Of a DNA stretch of 64,000 nucleotides, positions 1-14,000 are shown piece by piece. Position numbers and translations under genes: made by a program. Where the stretch lies: contig CP154954.1 in assembly GCA_039621445.1 (NCBI GenBank), forward strand, positions 3,229,715 through 3,293,714. The letters are read 5' to 3'. The stretch's first letter is position 1; the number at the start of each line of letters is the position of its first letter. The notes beneath the pieces are model-generated. The model had not been told where the DNA came from. It was given only the letters and a program-made list of their open reading frames with translations, and ran no database searches. The DNA comes from Euglena gracilis. Taxonomy: Eukaryota.

Positions 1-31
<31 letters not shown>

Positions 32-2341
32 TTCTTTCCCCCCTTGAGATTTTGTCGAGGCGCCCTCTCATGTCTTACATGTTTTATTCTGCAACAAGGC
101 CGGCAGACTGCCAAACGAGGCCTGGTGGAGTGGGCGGTTTATTTTCGGAGATCGTCATGAACATACTATGCATATTATATATTATTATAGACAATAGGGA
201 CGGCAATCACAGTGTTGGGGTGGGGGATGGAGACTCTTTAAACCAACAGTGTTCTAGAGAGAGGCCGGGCCCCACTGAGCGGTTTAAAACAAAACAAAAA
301 TGCGAAATGTATTGCACGCTGGAACAAATAATCTCCTGTTCAAAATTGCAAAAAAAAAATGACGAAGCGGCGTTTGACTGGACAGAATGTGACAATTATC
401 TCTTCTTCCTTGTTTCTTTTTTCAACACACTGAATCATTTTTTTGTGATTTATCCGGAGTTGATCAAGCTCGCATCTCCGAGGCAATAAACCCTCCCCAC
501 CCTCAGTTTTTTTTTGCCAACTGGAACCCACTTGTGGTGACACCCAGGTGGTCAACATCGCTGTCGTTTCAAAAGCACAACAGCATAGCAACGTGGCCAT
601 AACCAGCAGGTATCTCCTTTGCACGTCCCAAATTAAAATAAAACGAGCGATCCAGCAAACTTTGTATCTGCGCAGTTGGCAGCGGGCATGCTCTCACCAC
701 ATTGCACAACCTTCTTCCCAAAATTGCTTCTCTCACAAAATAATACACCTAAAAATCAAGGTACATAACAAGAAACCGATGAAAGGCATCACGGCAATCA
801 AGGCTTTAATCCTCCTTTGCTTGTGCCTTGGAATAAAGGGGAAAAACAAATGTAATTGAAAAGGTGAAATTGTTTTTTTGGTCACACCGTCTCATAAATC
901 TTCCAATGCAGACAATGTCCAGCATTTGAGACCACTGGATTCACTTAGTGAGCCCAGGGAGACATTTTCCTGCGCTCAAACCCACCCCCATCCAATTCTT
1001 TCTGAAAACACACCCAGCCCACCCAAGAATACATATCCAGGCAACCAACCAAAATTCCCAAAACTGGTCGCCGAGAACCGTTGAATTTACACTGGTTTTT
1101 TTCTGACCCATTACGGCAACCCAAACCCACCCACAGACTCAACCACCCGAGGGCGGTTAGACCCCCCCCCCAGTCCAGCGAACAATCAGGTGTCAAAATT
1201 TGCGGTCTGAACAGGGGGGTGTTCATGGGACCAGCATTCATTGGACACGGTGGGGTCTAACAAACTGCGGGGTGCATGTACTATGGGTTGTCTGCCCTTA
1301 GGAGGCACCCCCGCGGGGGGGGTCAGTTTTCAGTTCCAGTGCCAGCCGACCAGGCACCGATGGTCACGTCCCATTTTGGTGCCATGGTCGACCCTGATGA
1401 GCCCCGATCGCCCGGTCGCTCCTGGTTGGCCCTGGTCGGCCGCGGTCGGCAAATAATTGGGCACAGGTGGGGGGCATGACAAAGAAAATTAGGCATAAGC
1501 CATTTTTTGCCAACTTTTGCTCACATTTGGTCTCTTAATGGCCTCTTTTGAGCAGATTCCATCCATTTTGCCCAGTTTTTGCTGCTTTTGGCACTGTGGC
1601 CCACTTTGGGCCGCTTTAAGCCATTTTTGGTTGCCCTTTTTACCACGTTTGGCCATTAGAGGCCTACTTCTGCTACATTCTGGCCACTCTTGGCCGATTT
1701 TTGCCCACTTGAGGCTGCTTCTCCTGCTTTTGGCCACTTTTGCCCATTTAAGGCTGCTTTTGCTGATTTTTGGCCAGCCTTGTGCACTTTTGATAACCTT
1801 TGGCTGCTTTCTGCTGCTTTTTTGATTGTTTTTGTTTCCCTTTGACTGCTTTTGCTGCTTTCTTGACTGCGTTTGGCCACTTTTGATGACTTCCACCGCT
1901 CTTTGCTGCTTTTTGACGAATTTTGGTCACGTTTGGCGTCTTTTGACTGCTTTTTAGCCACTGTTGCCGACTGTTAATCACCTTTTGGTGCTTTTTTTGA
2001 CTGCACTTGGCCGTTGTTGCTGACTTTTGGCCACCTTTTGCCCACAACTTTTTGCCCACTTTGGGTTATTTCTGTTGCTGTGCACTCCTTTTGGTCTCTT
2101 TTGACTGCTTTTGCCACGTTTGGCCACTCTGCGGCCATTTTGGTCCACTTGGGACATATCCGGCCAACAAAAGCAGTGTCAGCCCTGGTCGGTCCTGGCG
2201 GCCATGGGTGCCTGTTGCCAACCCAGGCAAATTTCAAAATTGGCCAATTTGGACGGAGGGGGGGGGGTTGTTATACCACAACCCATCGCAAAACCCCCCG
2301 GGGTCGAAATGTCCAAACCCCTGTCTGCCCACAGCACCAGC

Positions 2342-2562
2342 CAGAGAATGACTTGGAGGGAGACGGCACCCCCTGGGGGGGGGGCACGGGAGGGCCTACT
2401 TGGGGTCCAAAATTTTTTTCAGCGCTTCACGCCAAAAAAAAAGAAGAAGACCACCCTGCCTCTGGCGGGGCACCCGCTCGGCCCCACCCCCCCCCCCGGG
2501 GGGGAGGGGCTTGGCCGGGACCCACCCCCCCCCGCATCACGAAACTTAAAAAAAAACATCTG
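2342..2562. mobile_element. Degenerate CAG...CTG MITE (duplicate near 29394-29618)
   Basis: Ends CTTAAAAAAAAACATCTG like 47448-47719; flanks GCACCAGC / CACCCAGC. Confidence 0.6.
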
Positions 2563-4507
2563 CACCCAGCCCCGTTCGGGAAACTTCCTGAAAGAACTCT
2601 GGTCCAAACTGTTTGGCAGATGAGAGGGTGGAGCCCCATGCCTAAACTCTGGGCACCCTATTATATCAGACTGAGACCAAACCTTCTGACAGCACTGCTT
2701 CAAAAACACAAATTATTGAAAAAACGGCTTCAAAATGAGTTGGGGGCAAAAAAATTGAAAAAAATTACAAAGTACAAATTAGGGGGCAAAAAAAAACACG
2801 ATAAAAAATGACCCGTGACACCCGGAAAGGCCTGCCTATTCCAAAATTCCAAAAACTGATACCCAGAGGGCTAGCTGGCTGGGCACTTTTGGAGAACAGG
2901 CCACTGGCAGGAAGCGGGGGAACCACGTTGGTGGATGTGCCGAAGCGCATCACTGCGGCTTCGGAGGGCAGCCCCCCACCGGGAACAGATCAGGAGGCAG
3001 TCGACCCCTGTAGAGCAAAGGGCCCTTGGTGTAACACGCAAATGCATGATGGCCTGACACCCACACACCGGAACAATATCACATACATTTAATGTCAGAG
3101 AATGCAAAAAAAAAAGTGAAAACTGAGCAACTGACCTGAAAATTTCAAAAAAAAAAACAAAAAAAACAAGGGTCAACAAGGCAAATGCATTGCCGCATTG
3201 AAAGCAATTTTTTGGCCATTTACTTACCACCAAACCCGAAGGAGGGTTCAAGAGCAGGTCACAGCTTTGTGACCCTTCCCCAGGGGGTAGAATTCAGAGG
3301 CCGGAAAATTTGGGCGGGCAGGAGAAAAACCACTGGCTGATTTTTGCTCTAAACCTCTTACGTTGTCTAATCTCACTTATTGTCAAGCTGGGAAAAAAAG
3401 CAGGTGGTGGAGGGGTGTTTTTTATTTGCAAATGACCCATTTGCAAATTTTTGACCCATTTTGCCGAAATGGGTAATAAAAATTGGGCTTTAACTGATGA
3501 ACTTCTTGCATAATTTGCAAATATTTGAACTTTTTTGCAGCTTCGAATTCTGGACACAATTCATCCGTCACAACTCATCCGTTGGCCCTGGTTGGAGCCA
3601 CACCACATAACAAATAAACACAGAGCACATACTCGGCATCACATTGCAGGGAGGGGGTCATGCCCAGACCGAGAGTGAATGGGTATGCTTGGATCTCAGG
3701 AGATTTTGCAAGGGAAAATCTAGGAAAGCAGTATGTTTTCACAAAGATGTTCTGGTCGTTTAGCCCCGGGGTTAATTGATATGATAGGATATAATATATC
3801 GGTTGATTTAAGAGCACCACCTTGCGCTGGTAGTTTGTGTGGCAGATTGGCCACATCATCTCATTTACATTGAGATTCTGTGCACCAATTTGGCAGCAAA
3901 ATCGATGTTCCTTCACACAACTGTGTAACGAAGCATTGTTTGTCTTTTTGCGCAGTTGTGCAAATGAGCAATTTCATAACCAACCAACAGCCTCCCATGC
4001 CAACGTGTTGTAGCTGGAAAACAAATGTTGGCTACATCATATGATCCCTTTGCTTGCTTTTTGGTTGCCTGCAACACTTTAGGGGATAAATGAAGTTTGT
4101 TGCGAAAGGAGTGTGTTTGGCAGGTGGAAGTAGACTGTTACAGACATTTGAGAATTCTCGAAAGGGTAAAGAGCAGGATGATTTCCACCAGTTGTCAATC
4201 AGAAAAATGTGGCGGATAATAGGGGGGTTTCACAAAAAATTTGTGTAATTCTGAGTTCCTGGGGATCAACGCAGGGGTTTTCACAACTCCGCACCATGTT
4301 TCGGAGGGACAAAAAAATTTCGGCTTTTCCTGCAGGTTTCACCCCTGCAAAACCACGCAAAATGCACACACAGAGGGCTGGCGTGCAAGGGACAGTTCAA
4401 AAACCTGGACTAACCTCTCTAAAAAATAAATAAATAAAAGTGTTCCTTTGTGCAAAGGCAAAGATAAACACATTTAACCGCCAGATCCGCCGACCAAAAA
4501 CAACAGC

Positions 4508-4717
4508 AGACAGACAAACCGACAGACTGACAGACAGACCGACAGACCGACCGACGGACAGACAGACCGACAGACAGACCGACAGACCGACCGACGGACA
4601 GACAGACCGACAGACAGACCGACAGACCGACAGACCGACAGACCGACAGACCGACCGACAGACCGACCGACCGACGGACAGACAGACCGACCGACAGACC
4701 GACCGACGGACAGACAA
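4508..4717 (+). repeat. Compound (GACA/GACC/GACG)n microsatellite (duplicate at 31506-31736)
   Basis: Direct reading. Confidence 0.95.
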
Positions 4718-4761
4718 ACAACAGCAGGGGTGCAGAGAACAGCAAGGGCGGACCTGCGGGG

Positions 4762-7700
4762 TCAGTAGTTGGAGTAGCCGCCGGCTCCGCCGCCGCCCGT
4801 CTTGAAGTTGCTGCGCTGCTTGCGGCCGCGGAACCCGGCGCGGGGGCCATAGCCGTACCCGACGCCAGGCGTCTGATTTTTAACCCGTGGGGCCCATATT
4901 GGGGAAACAATGAACCTTGTAATTGACCTGAAACGTAAATATGCGGAAAATATGCGGAAAAATGCGGGAAAATGCGGAATAATGCGGACCGCATATTCCC
5001 CCCCCCTGCGTGGGGTGGCCAGGAAACCTGTCTTGGTACCGAACACCGCCCGGCGAACCTGTCGACCCAACCACCCACCCAAAATCAGCCAAAACCAGCA
5101 CTTCAAAAAATATCACGGTCCGGCCTTTGGCTGATCAAAACTCATCCAACCCCTGGGGGTCCAGCAGCCCCAACCACCCACCCACTCTCGAAACCCACCC
5201 AGGGGAGGGGGGGTTACACAGGTGTTTTGTGACTCCAAGAAGCCGAACAAAACAAAACGTTGGGGTGTCATGGCTCCAAACCCCCCGGGGTCGGAAATGT
5301 CTTCCCCCTCCCCTGCCTGCCCATAGCCCCCATCCACCCTGGGGAGGTGTGACCCTCCCTCCTTAAAAGGAAGTCTGGTTGAAGCCCGCGCCAGCCTCCC
5401 CGAAGGTCTCGCGGTCCAGCTGCTTCTGCTGCTCCCGAAGCTCCTTGTCCACTTTCTGCGATGGGTCCAAGGACATGCAGACAGGGGTTCAGCAAAACGT
5501 CGTCGAATTCGACATCCTCGTTGCAAGCATGTGAGTGACGAATTGAGGAAACGGGGTTGGAGTCGGGGAAATGCAAACTGGTTTTTGTTCAAAAATGTTC
5601 ACCACAAGTTGAAAATTGAATTTTTCCCGAAAATTCATCCGATATTAAAATAGTAGGAAAAATGCAAAACGCGAAAAATTTTGGTGACAATTCCTTGTGA
5701 ATCATGCAAATCTCCATCAATGCAAAAAAGCAAAGGGTCCAGTGTGCCCAGCAAGAAGGGATTTTTTCAAATTTGCTTCTTCCAAGCTGCCAAGGGCATG
5801 CTAAAAATTCAATCCTTTTTAAATTTTTAAAAATTTAAACTTAACTTTTTATTTTTTTTTGTTCACCAGACACAAACGCCGAGGGTTCCTGAATTCCCTC
5901 GGATGGAACAGTCATCAAAGGAAGTCACTCTAAAATAAGCAAAGAAGAAAGGACAAGGGGAGATGCATGCCTCACCGCAGTCGCAGCCAAGGTGACAAAA
6001 GTAACGACAAAAATGGCACACATCACGTTCCATGATTATTAGAAATTCACACTTGACTGTGTATGACGACTTAAGCACCATTTGTGCATGACTATTTGGT
6101 TTTTCATTTTTTCATTCCCCCCTTGACTGCAATAATCAGTCGCTTGCTTAAATTATAATATCGGATGGTATGGGCTCAACAGCAGATTGAATTGGGACAG
6201 GGGGGGGGGGTGCATTCCCGCAATCACCAGAATCGTTAGGTAGCCCAACAAACAGAACTTTTGCCAGCCATTCTGTGATGGACATGCTGGGAAGTATGTT
6301 CTAACTTGCGATATGTCGCTTGTTTGTGCTGCTTGAGCGCGAACTGATGCTTGCACACAACCACCTGGAACTATGTGCTTGAAATATGTTTGAAGCACAT
6401 CGTGCAAAGTCGACTTTACCCGCCCCCCCCCCCAGAAAACGTTCCAAATCACAAATATTATGCGAATAAATTTTTTGTGGAGAGTTCATTTGGGAAATTT
6501 TCGATTGAGGAAATGCAAGAACCCAAATTATTTGTAGGCATGTGACACATAATATAATAAAATGCATAATATATACATCTATATAATAGTATATATCATA
6601 GACACACATGTGCATACATGGGTGTATATGTTTATATGTATACACACATGCAATATATACATGTAATGTTATATATACCATATAAAACATATACGTGTGT
6701 ACATAATGTATAAATATGTTATAATCATAATATTTTAAAATGTTTATCTAATCCGTAGGGGTACCCACTGGCTGGTGGCTGGACCCCCACCTGGGGGCAC
6801 CCCATCTCTGTCCCCACCCACCCACCCACCCACCACAGCAATGCAAGCAGTTATGCCCCCCCCCCTCAAGTTGTCACCCCCATCTGTGCCGGCCAACTCG
6901 TCACATTGGCGAGACGCCAAAAAGGACTGCTTTGGGATGCTTTTGCGACCTTGATCGATTCCACGTGGGAGGGGGGGGGGGGCAATTGACTGGGGGGCGG
7001 GTATCCTTCCAAAAGAATGCTGACTCCGGGCGGATTTGCACCTTGGGTTCAGGTCCGGTGATCTTCCGCTCCAGTGCCTCGCAGCTGATCTGGTCAAAGA
7101 AGCTCTCCTCCTTGTTGTACACCCCCTGTCGTAGGGAGAAGAAAGGGACATTAAAAATGGACTGTGCCCCTAAACCATTGCTTCCCTTAAACCCCTCCCC
7201 AAATATAACCCCCCAAACCCCCCAAATATAAAAACCCTGAGGACCTTGAAATCCCGCCGGAATATAAAACCCCCTCTGGCGCAAAGCACTGGAAGGGAAT
7301 TTTGTTGACAAAACATCTCCTCAAATTCGTCATTTTTGGCAGTTGGTAAAATTTTTTTTACCAAAAACGTGAAATTTGCTCCTTTGCCCGAAAAATGAAA
7401 ATTTCGGACCCCCAAGGGTGGGCGTATTTATGATTTTGGACCGAAAAAGTGACTACTGGATCCCGCCAGGAAGTTGATTTTTCCGACCGAATATAAACCC
7501 CCCAAATATAAAAACCCCCCTGGGAGTCTTGAAATTTCTGCCTCAATGTAAAACCGGGGGGTTTGGGGGGGTTTATTAACAGGTGGGCATTATTCCCCAG
7601 GCAATTATTTCTCACCAATTTTTGGGGGGAAAACATCAACACACGACTCCTGTTCTCAAAATGCAGAAATTATCCAAGTCCAAAATGTTTGCCACCCCGG

Positions 7701-10400
7701 GGGGGGGGCTCCAGCTTCAGAGGCTGGAAAACTTGGGCTGGCTTTAAAAGGCTGCTGGTTAACCCCCTGCCCCTCCCCCTTCAGAACACGGGGTAGAACC
7801 ACGTGCCCAGAAATCAAAAATACAAAAATTCCCCCAAAACTGCAAAACTTTACCATTTGCAAAATGGGGAGGGGGTTCTGGGTGCTGGCTGGGCAGACTT
7901 CTCCAGGGACGGTCAATTTCCTTGGAAAATTCACTTGGACTTTGGCTTATTGACACCCTGTTCCAAGCAGAAGCCAAAAAAAAAATCGCCGGGGAAAAAC
8001 ACAAAAATAACACACAAAAAACAAAATTTGCCTAATTCAAAAAACGTAACAAGCCACAAAAAGTGTTTCCCCCGTCTGAACAAATCCTCATCACAATCCT
8101 GCACCGACCCAAGCATGCATACAATGTACATTGCATTGCCAATGTCTGACTGAAAAAAACTGCACTACAGACCACAACCCCTTCCATATGAACATCCACG
8201 TTGCTGTGATATGTCTGGGGTCAGGGCATGACATATCAATGCACTCAAACTTCAGACCTGGGCATATATGATTTTTTGGCCCAATTTGTGAAGCAGGAAC
8301 AAACCTGCCCATTCCCCTTATTACCCTGTGGGTTTTGGGGTCACGTTTGCTTCGTGGAGGCAGGGTCGGCAACCACCCACCCACCCACCCGCCAGGCGCC
8401 AGGGGTGATTCTGGGAGTCAGTTTGGTCCGATATTTTCCGATCCCATTGTGTAGACAAAAGAGGAAACCCCCATTCTGGGGACTCGTCCCCCCCCCCCCG
8501 GGTCACTAACCATCAACAACCCCGATGTTGTTTGGGAGAATGAAACACAGCGTTTTTGCCGAGCTGCCCAATGGATAGCTCCCAGCCACACGAGACGGTA
8601 TTCAACTCAACTTGTTCGGCTGCACACAGAGGTGGTACCTTGGCGGCTGTGAACTGCAACTTGACCTTCTTGTCCTCCGCGGTCTCGGACTCACTTGCCT
8701 TCTCTTGGAACTCCTGTGCCACCTGTTGACCAGGGTCACTGACCTCACATGTGACATACACAATGCAGACTCATTCACCCAATCACCCACTCACATTCTC
8801 GCATGGCGCACTTGCATGGCACTCGATGCTGCACTACACATGCCACATGATGCTTCACATGACACACTCCACATCTCGCATAACACATTGCATCAGACGT
8901 CTCATACGACATACACAGGGTTTTGTGCCAATTGATCAGACATTGGCATCCAGCAAGAAATCTAAGAAATATCTCACCCAAAACAACGCTTATCAACGGA
9001 GGCCCACATATGTCCAGGGGCACCTTGGTGAGGTCCAGCTTCTTCAGGTTCTCCTCGAAGTTGAATTCCTCGGCGTACTGCTTCTTGGCCGCCCCGGAGT
9101 CATCCACCTTGAAGTTGCGGCCGGTGTGCTGGTCGGCATTCGAACGAACACTGAGAGGGCGGCAAGGGAGGGAGGTGTTTGCGTGTTTGAGCAGCAGCAT
9201 GAGAATGGATACTTAGAAGTAGTAATTAGATGGGGGACAAAGCCGTCATAGCACAGAAGGGCGAAGAAATGATACACACATGTCGATAGGCAGGGTATTA
9301 AATTATGTCTGGTTTTGAACGTTGCATTCACTTGCTCGACACTGCAAGCCACACAGCTTCAGCTTAAATGTGTGAATGTGCTTTTTTACTCGTTGAAACA
9401 AACATCGTTCATTCCGGCCGTTTCACTTCCTTCGCAGGTCATGCTTAAGAGGTAAATGAGGACTCGGCGAATTTGACCCCAAAATGCAGCCTCCCCGGCG
9501 CACACCTCTCGCTGCGGGGCTTCTTGCCCTCGGGGCGCCGCTCCGGGCGGCCCTCCTTCTGGTCCTTCTTCGCGGGGCGGCGGTCGTCCTTGCCCCGCTG
9601 GCGGTCGCCCTTGGCCGGCTGGCGGTCCCCCTTCCCGGTTCAGCAGCAGGGCGCAGTGGACCCTCCTCAAGAAAACACGGCCACGGGTTTGTAGGTGTTG
9701 TCCTCAAGCCAGCGTCCCTTCTCATTTGCCGTTCAAACACGCAACAGGGGGGGGAATTGATATCGGAGGCTTTCGGAAAAATTGCGGAAAAATTGCGGGA
9801 AAATTGCGGAAAATTGCGGAAAATTGCGGAAATTGCGGAAAAATTGCGGATATCAATTCCCCCCCCCCTTGCACGCAAGCACCCATGCAGCTTCAGCTTA
9901 AACCTGTGAACGTGCCTTTTTAATCGTGGAAACAAATGTGTTCGTTCCGGTTGGGACGATTCACTTCCTTTGCAAGTCATGTTTTATACATAAATGAGGA
10001 CTCGGCAACGAAATTTGACCTCGAAGTGCAGCCCGCTGACCACCCCTGGCTGGCCTCACCTCCCAGCAGGAATACGGGAATGTGCCGTTGGGGCATGCGA
10101 CAACGACACACTGTGCCACGATCACTGCCCTTGAAGAAAACGGAAGGTGCTGTCCCAAAATGTGCTGTTGACACATTGCGTTCGGGGGCAGGTACAAGAC
10201 GCGCTTCAACAGAATTTTTACCAAAAATTGCCCTGCCTAATCTGCATGGTGTTCACAGGCCCCCTGCTGCCCCTCCCGAGGAAGCGACCACTTCCAAACT
10301 GTCTACTGAACTCTGCGCGGCGGTCGTCCTTCCCACCGCCGCGGCGGTCGTCCTTGCCGCTGCCCCGACGATCATCCCGACGGTCGTCCCGGCCGGCCTT
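4762..10400 (-). CDS. LSM14: Duplicate 3' half (exons 6-12) of the Lsm14/Scd6 gene, truncated by the N-gap
   Basis: Exons 10312-10400, 9506-9634, 9024-9150, 8639-8722, 7042-7125, 5381-5455 and 4762-4860 match the copy at 31780-37424. Here the last exon is in frame ([32 protein letters not shown]). Exons 1-5 are absent because the contig ends at 10740. Confidence 0.85.
4894..5008. mobile_element. Short element with (AAATGCGG)n array nested in Lsm14 intron 11 (duplicate near 31913-32027)
   Basis: Ends CCCCCCCCCTG; flanks CGTGGGGC / CGTGGGGT. Confidence 0.55.
7190..7573. mobile_element. AACCCC...GGGGTT-ended element, TA TSD (duplicate near 34212-34595)
   Basis: TA|AACCCC...GGGGTT|TA with internal ccccaaatataaaaccc repeats. 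Confidence 0.6.
9745..9871. mobile_element. Short MITE with internal (AAAATTGCGG)n array (duplicate near 36770-36895)
   Basis: TIR CAGGGGGGGGAATTGATATC / GATATCAATTCCCCCCCC; CACGCAA repeated on both flanks. Confidence 0.8.
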
Positions 10401-10434
10401 GAGGGCATCCCCCCTTGGCTGCCCTATTCTGGAC

Positions 10435-10617
10435 CAGGCTGTTTTTTGTGCTAGGGCACTTTTGGCCGTGTGCCCTACCCCCCCCCCCCCCCGGGGGGTC
10501 GGATTGGGAGTGCCTTGGAGTGCCTGCCCAGGCAGGCACCCCCCCCCCCGGGGTGCCTGCCCAGGCAGGCACCCCCCCCCCGGGGTGGGGGTCGGCACCC
10601 GACTAAAATACAGCCTG
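10435..10617. mobile_element. CAG...CTG-ended MITE with perfect 8-bp TSD (duplicate of 37459-37635)
   Basis: TSD TTCTGGAC at 10427-10434 and 10618-10625. Confidence 0.85.
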
Positions 10618-10740
10618 TTCTGGACCCCCCCCGATTTCTGACCCCATGCAACTTATTGCATATGTGCAAGATATCTGGTACGGGGTACACCGACCAACCA
10701 CAGTACCGCACGAGGAAAAGAGGCAGGTCGCACCACCGGC

Positions 10741-10753
10741 NNNNNNNNNNNNN
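10741..10753. other. Assembly gap (13 N)
   Basis: Run of n characters. Confidence 1.
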
Positions 10754-11044
10754 CTCAAACAGCATTCCAAAGCAATAAGAGGAAATGAAATCTGCATTCT
10801 TCTAAATTTAAATTTAAATAAAAACTTAAATTATTATTATTATTTATTTATTAAAATTATTAAATTAAAACTTATTAAAATTCAAATTTAAAACAGTACA
10901 ATCCAATAATGACTCCAACCGCCACTGGGTGGCTGGCGGCCTTGTGATGCCGTTTCCTGAATTTGGCAAGACCGTACATGCGCAGATCCCGACTGCGGAT
11001 TTCCAAGTGGAGACCAAACGAGACAAATGCAGCAGCGGACATAC

Positions 11045-14000
11045 TGCTTTGCAGATCTGCTCGGGACTGGCAAGCAGGTTTAGGACCTGCGCGTAAACGG
11101 AGAGAGAAGAAAATATGCGACGGATACAGCGGACATCACACGGGACGGCGCGGACTGCCTCACACATCGGGAAAGAAAGAGTGGCACGCCTGCAGTAAGC
11201 CCTTCCAGTCGTCGGCGATGGACGTCCCCCGCACCTCTTGGATGAGGGCTGCCACGGAGGGCAGGAAGACCTGACGGGTCCGCGGTGGGCATAGCGCGGG
11301 GGAGGTCGTCGTTCATCCAAGGCAATCCAGGAACCTTGGGCACCAGGTAAAACCCCCCAAACACAACACCACCGCTGCCAATTTTCAGCAAAAATACAAA
11401 AAAAACTAAAACACCCGCAAAAGAACACCCCTCTGTGACTTTTAAACCTGAAGGGCAGGGTTTGGTAGAAGGGCAGGGGGGGTCCAGACCCCCACTCCTG
11501 GTCAAAGGAGGGACCCCTCCACACATCTGAGCAAAAGCCAAAAAGAGCGATTCTCGGCCCAGCCCACAAAAAAAAAATGAAAAAAAGGGATTTTTGGGAA
11601 GTTTTTGGGTAATTTTGCTCAAAAATTTTGGAGCAAAACTCCGGGAAATTTTTTGTGTAAAGCGCTGATTTAGGGGACGGTGGACATTCCCACCCTGAGG
11701 GACGGTGCGGACCCAACTCAGGGGGCGGGGGTTCAGACTCCCCCCATGGGTGGGGCATTTCCCCACACAAACCCCAATTGGCGTTCGTCCCTCGTGATAC
11801 TAACAATTTCTCAAAAATGCAGTGTTTCCCACTGCAGATGCGGCTTGCGACAAACAAAATCAAGGCAAAACAGTACATTTTCTCGTGTTCTCATTACAGA
11901 CCCTGAACACAAAACTTCCCAGAGGGGCTCCGGACGTCTGGGGTCTCCAAATAATAAAAAAACGGTAACGTGAAGACGTGTTTTTTTTTGCTTTCTGGTG
12001 TCTGATAAAACGACAACACACATGCACCAAGAAACAAGAAACAGCAAAATTTGCACAAAATTTACTTTTACATGTATGAGATCTGTCCATAAGTGTGTGT
12101 GCAAATATGTGCAAATATAAACGTACTGCACTCGTGTGGTGTTCATTCACCCGCAGCTGCGCCCCCCCCCCCCACACACCTGGGCCTGCTCCCCCGGGAC
12201 CCGCCCCAGGAGGTCGTCAAGGAGGTGGGCAGGCCTCGCACTGGTGCGGAGGCAGTCGACCAGCTTCGCCCCGCCACGCCGGCTGCAGGGAGGGCGGATG
12301 GGAAACCAAGCGGCACCCATGCCGGCGCAGTGCGTGGGGCATGATGTGTGGTGGTTGCAACGTCATAATGTGGCCTGGCTTTTGCTTGAGAACCCTGGGG
12401 GGGTCTAGCTGGGCATTTTGCCAGCCACTCAAAAAATATAATAATAATAATAATATAATATATAATATAATAATAATAATAATCAGACTAATCTGAATAC
12501 AGAATCAATCATAAATAAATACTAATAATATAATACCAATACTACTATAATAATAAGATAATAAGATCATAATAATAATAAAGACTACTAATAATAATAT
12601 AAAATAATAATAATATATAATAATAATAATAATCTCTAATAATAATAAAATATAATTCTAATAATACTAATCATAATAGCCACTTAATAATAAAAAAATC
12701 CCGCAGGGGCGGGTCACCTTGACCACCGCCCTTTTGCCGAGAGGCTTCGGCCGAAATTTTTCGACAATACGATGTGCGTTGAGGGGGGGGATATTTGGAT
12801 TCTTTTCAGCCTCCCCCAAATACAGTTATTTGGGATGAAGCAATGCATAAATCATGGGAGGTTATTTTGGGAGTCTTTGACAACACCCACATCAGAACGC
12901 AACCACAAACATTTGTGTCCAACGTCAACCTTCATAAATATTTTTCATTAGGGCGGGTCTACCTTGACCCACCCTGCCCTTTGCAGAGAGGCTTCGGCCG
13001 AAATTTTTCGACACGATTGTGCGGTGAGGGGGGGGGGGGATTATTTGGATTCTTTTCAGCCATCCCCCAAATACAGTTATTTGGGATGAAAGCAATGCAG
13101 AGTCATTTGGGAGGTTATTTTGGGAGTCTTTGAAAAACACCCACAGAACGCACCACAACATTTTGTTGTCCAACGTCAAAATTCAATAAACTATTTTTCA
13201 TTAAAAACAGATTTTGACACCAAATAACCTGTGGGGAAAACTGGCCCATTAACTTTGCATGAGGGTTATTTGGGGTTTACCATACACAATAGCACTCGCT
13301 GCGTGCCGAAGTGGAAATGGGATATTTCTTTTTTATTGCCTGGATTTATTCAAAAAACCAAAAAAAATACGAAAAATGGGCATTTTGCCCGATACTGGGG
13401 TCAAAAAATAACGGCTCCAACAGAACAGAGGTAACTTCAGCATTTGGGGGGGGACAGCCAGCCAGTCACCTGGCTAAACACCTTGGGGGGAGGGGCGTTG
13501 GCTTGAACAGCCCATGGGGAATCAGACCATTTGACTCCAACGCCGGCAGGGGCTACGAGCTGGAGGTGGGCAATCGCAGCAATTTCCCTCATGCAATATC
13601 ACGAAACATGAGATGCAAACCCTGCCCCAAAAAAATGAATTCCTTTGGAACATTTCCAAAGTTGACCAACTTCTGCTTGAAGGGACTTGGAAGAAAAATA
13701 ACTTTGTCTGGAGCTTTCCTCAATTAATCAAGCGTGGTCCATTGTGCACCAAAATTATGCATGCCTTCATCAAGCACTAACATTTCCTGGGCAAAAAAAA
13801 AACACAATGCACGACAAGCAAATGCCTGAAAACCTGTGGTTTTGTCAAAAGGTAAAAGTAAGAAAATGAGAAAAATGGCGAAAGCTGAACAAAATGCAAT
13901 CAACAACATCATTTGCAAACATATAAAAAAGCATTCAATATGCTGTGAACAGCTGCCCACCCCCAACCAGGTGGGGGAGGAATATATTGCAGAAAAACAT

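Larger units (their letters stand above)
1..10740 (+). repeat. Copy 1 of a ~10.7 kb near-identical direct duplication
   Basis: Colinear with ~27056-37758 (offset about 27.0 kb). Differences are mostly homopolymer and microsatellite indels. Ends at the N-gap. Confidence 0.97.

Noticed and set aside
1489-2160. K/S/Q-rich and L/F-rich ORFs (also 28541-29200 and 16389-16760)
   Set aside because: Products of a low-complexity TTTTGGCC/TTTTGCTGC-rich repeat interior that is open in several frames.
2925-3012. GC-rich exon-like island (also 29937-30022), and similar islands at 44330-44530, 45300-45455 and 46450-46640
   Set aside because: Plausible splice sites, but I could not link them into a phase-consistent or recognisable gene.
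4397-4805. DRQT/SVGL-repeat ORFs (likewise MYVC, IQYNT and YI-repeat ORFs elsewhere)
   Set aside because: Translations of microsatellites.
10865-11878. 337-aa ORF, the longest in the track
   Set aside because: Chance read-through of intron and repeat DNA; only the 14-codon Ufd2 exon (11045-11086) is in this frame.
13483-13560. AG...GT-bounded candidate extra Ufd2 exon
   Set aside because: Entering it in the required phase hits a stop codon; exons 14316-14419 and 12180-12282 join directly in frame.
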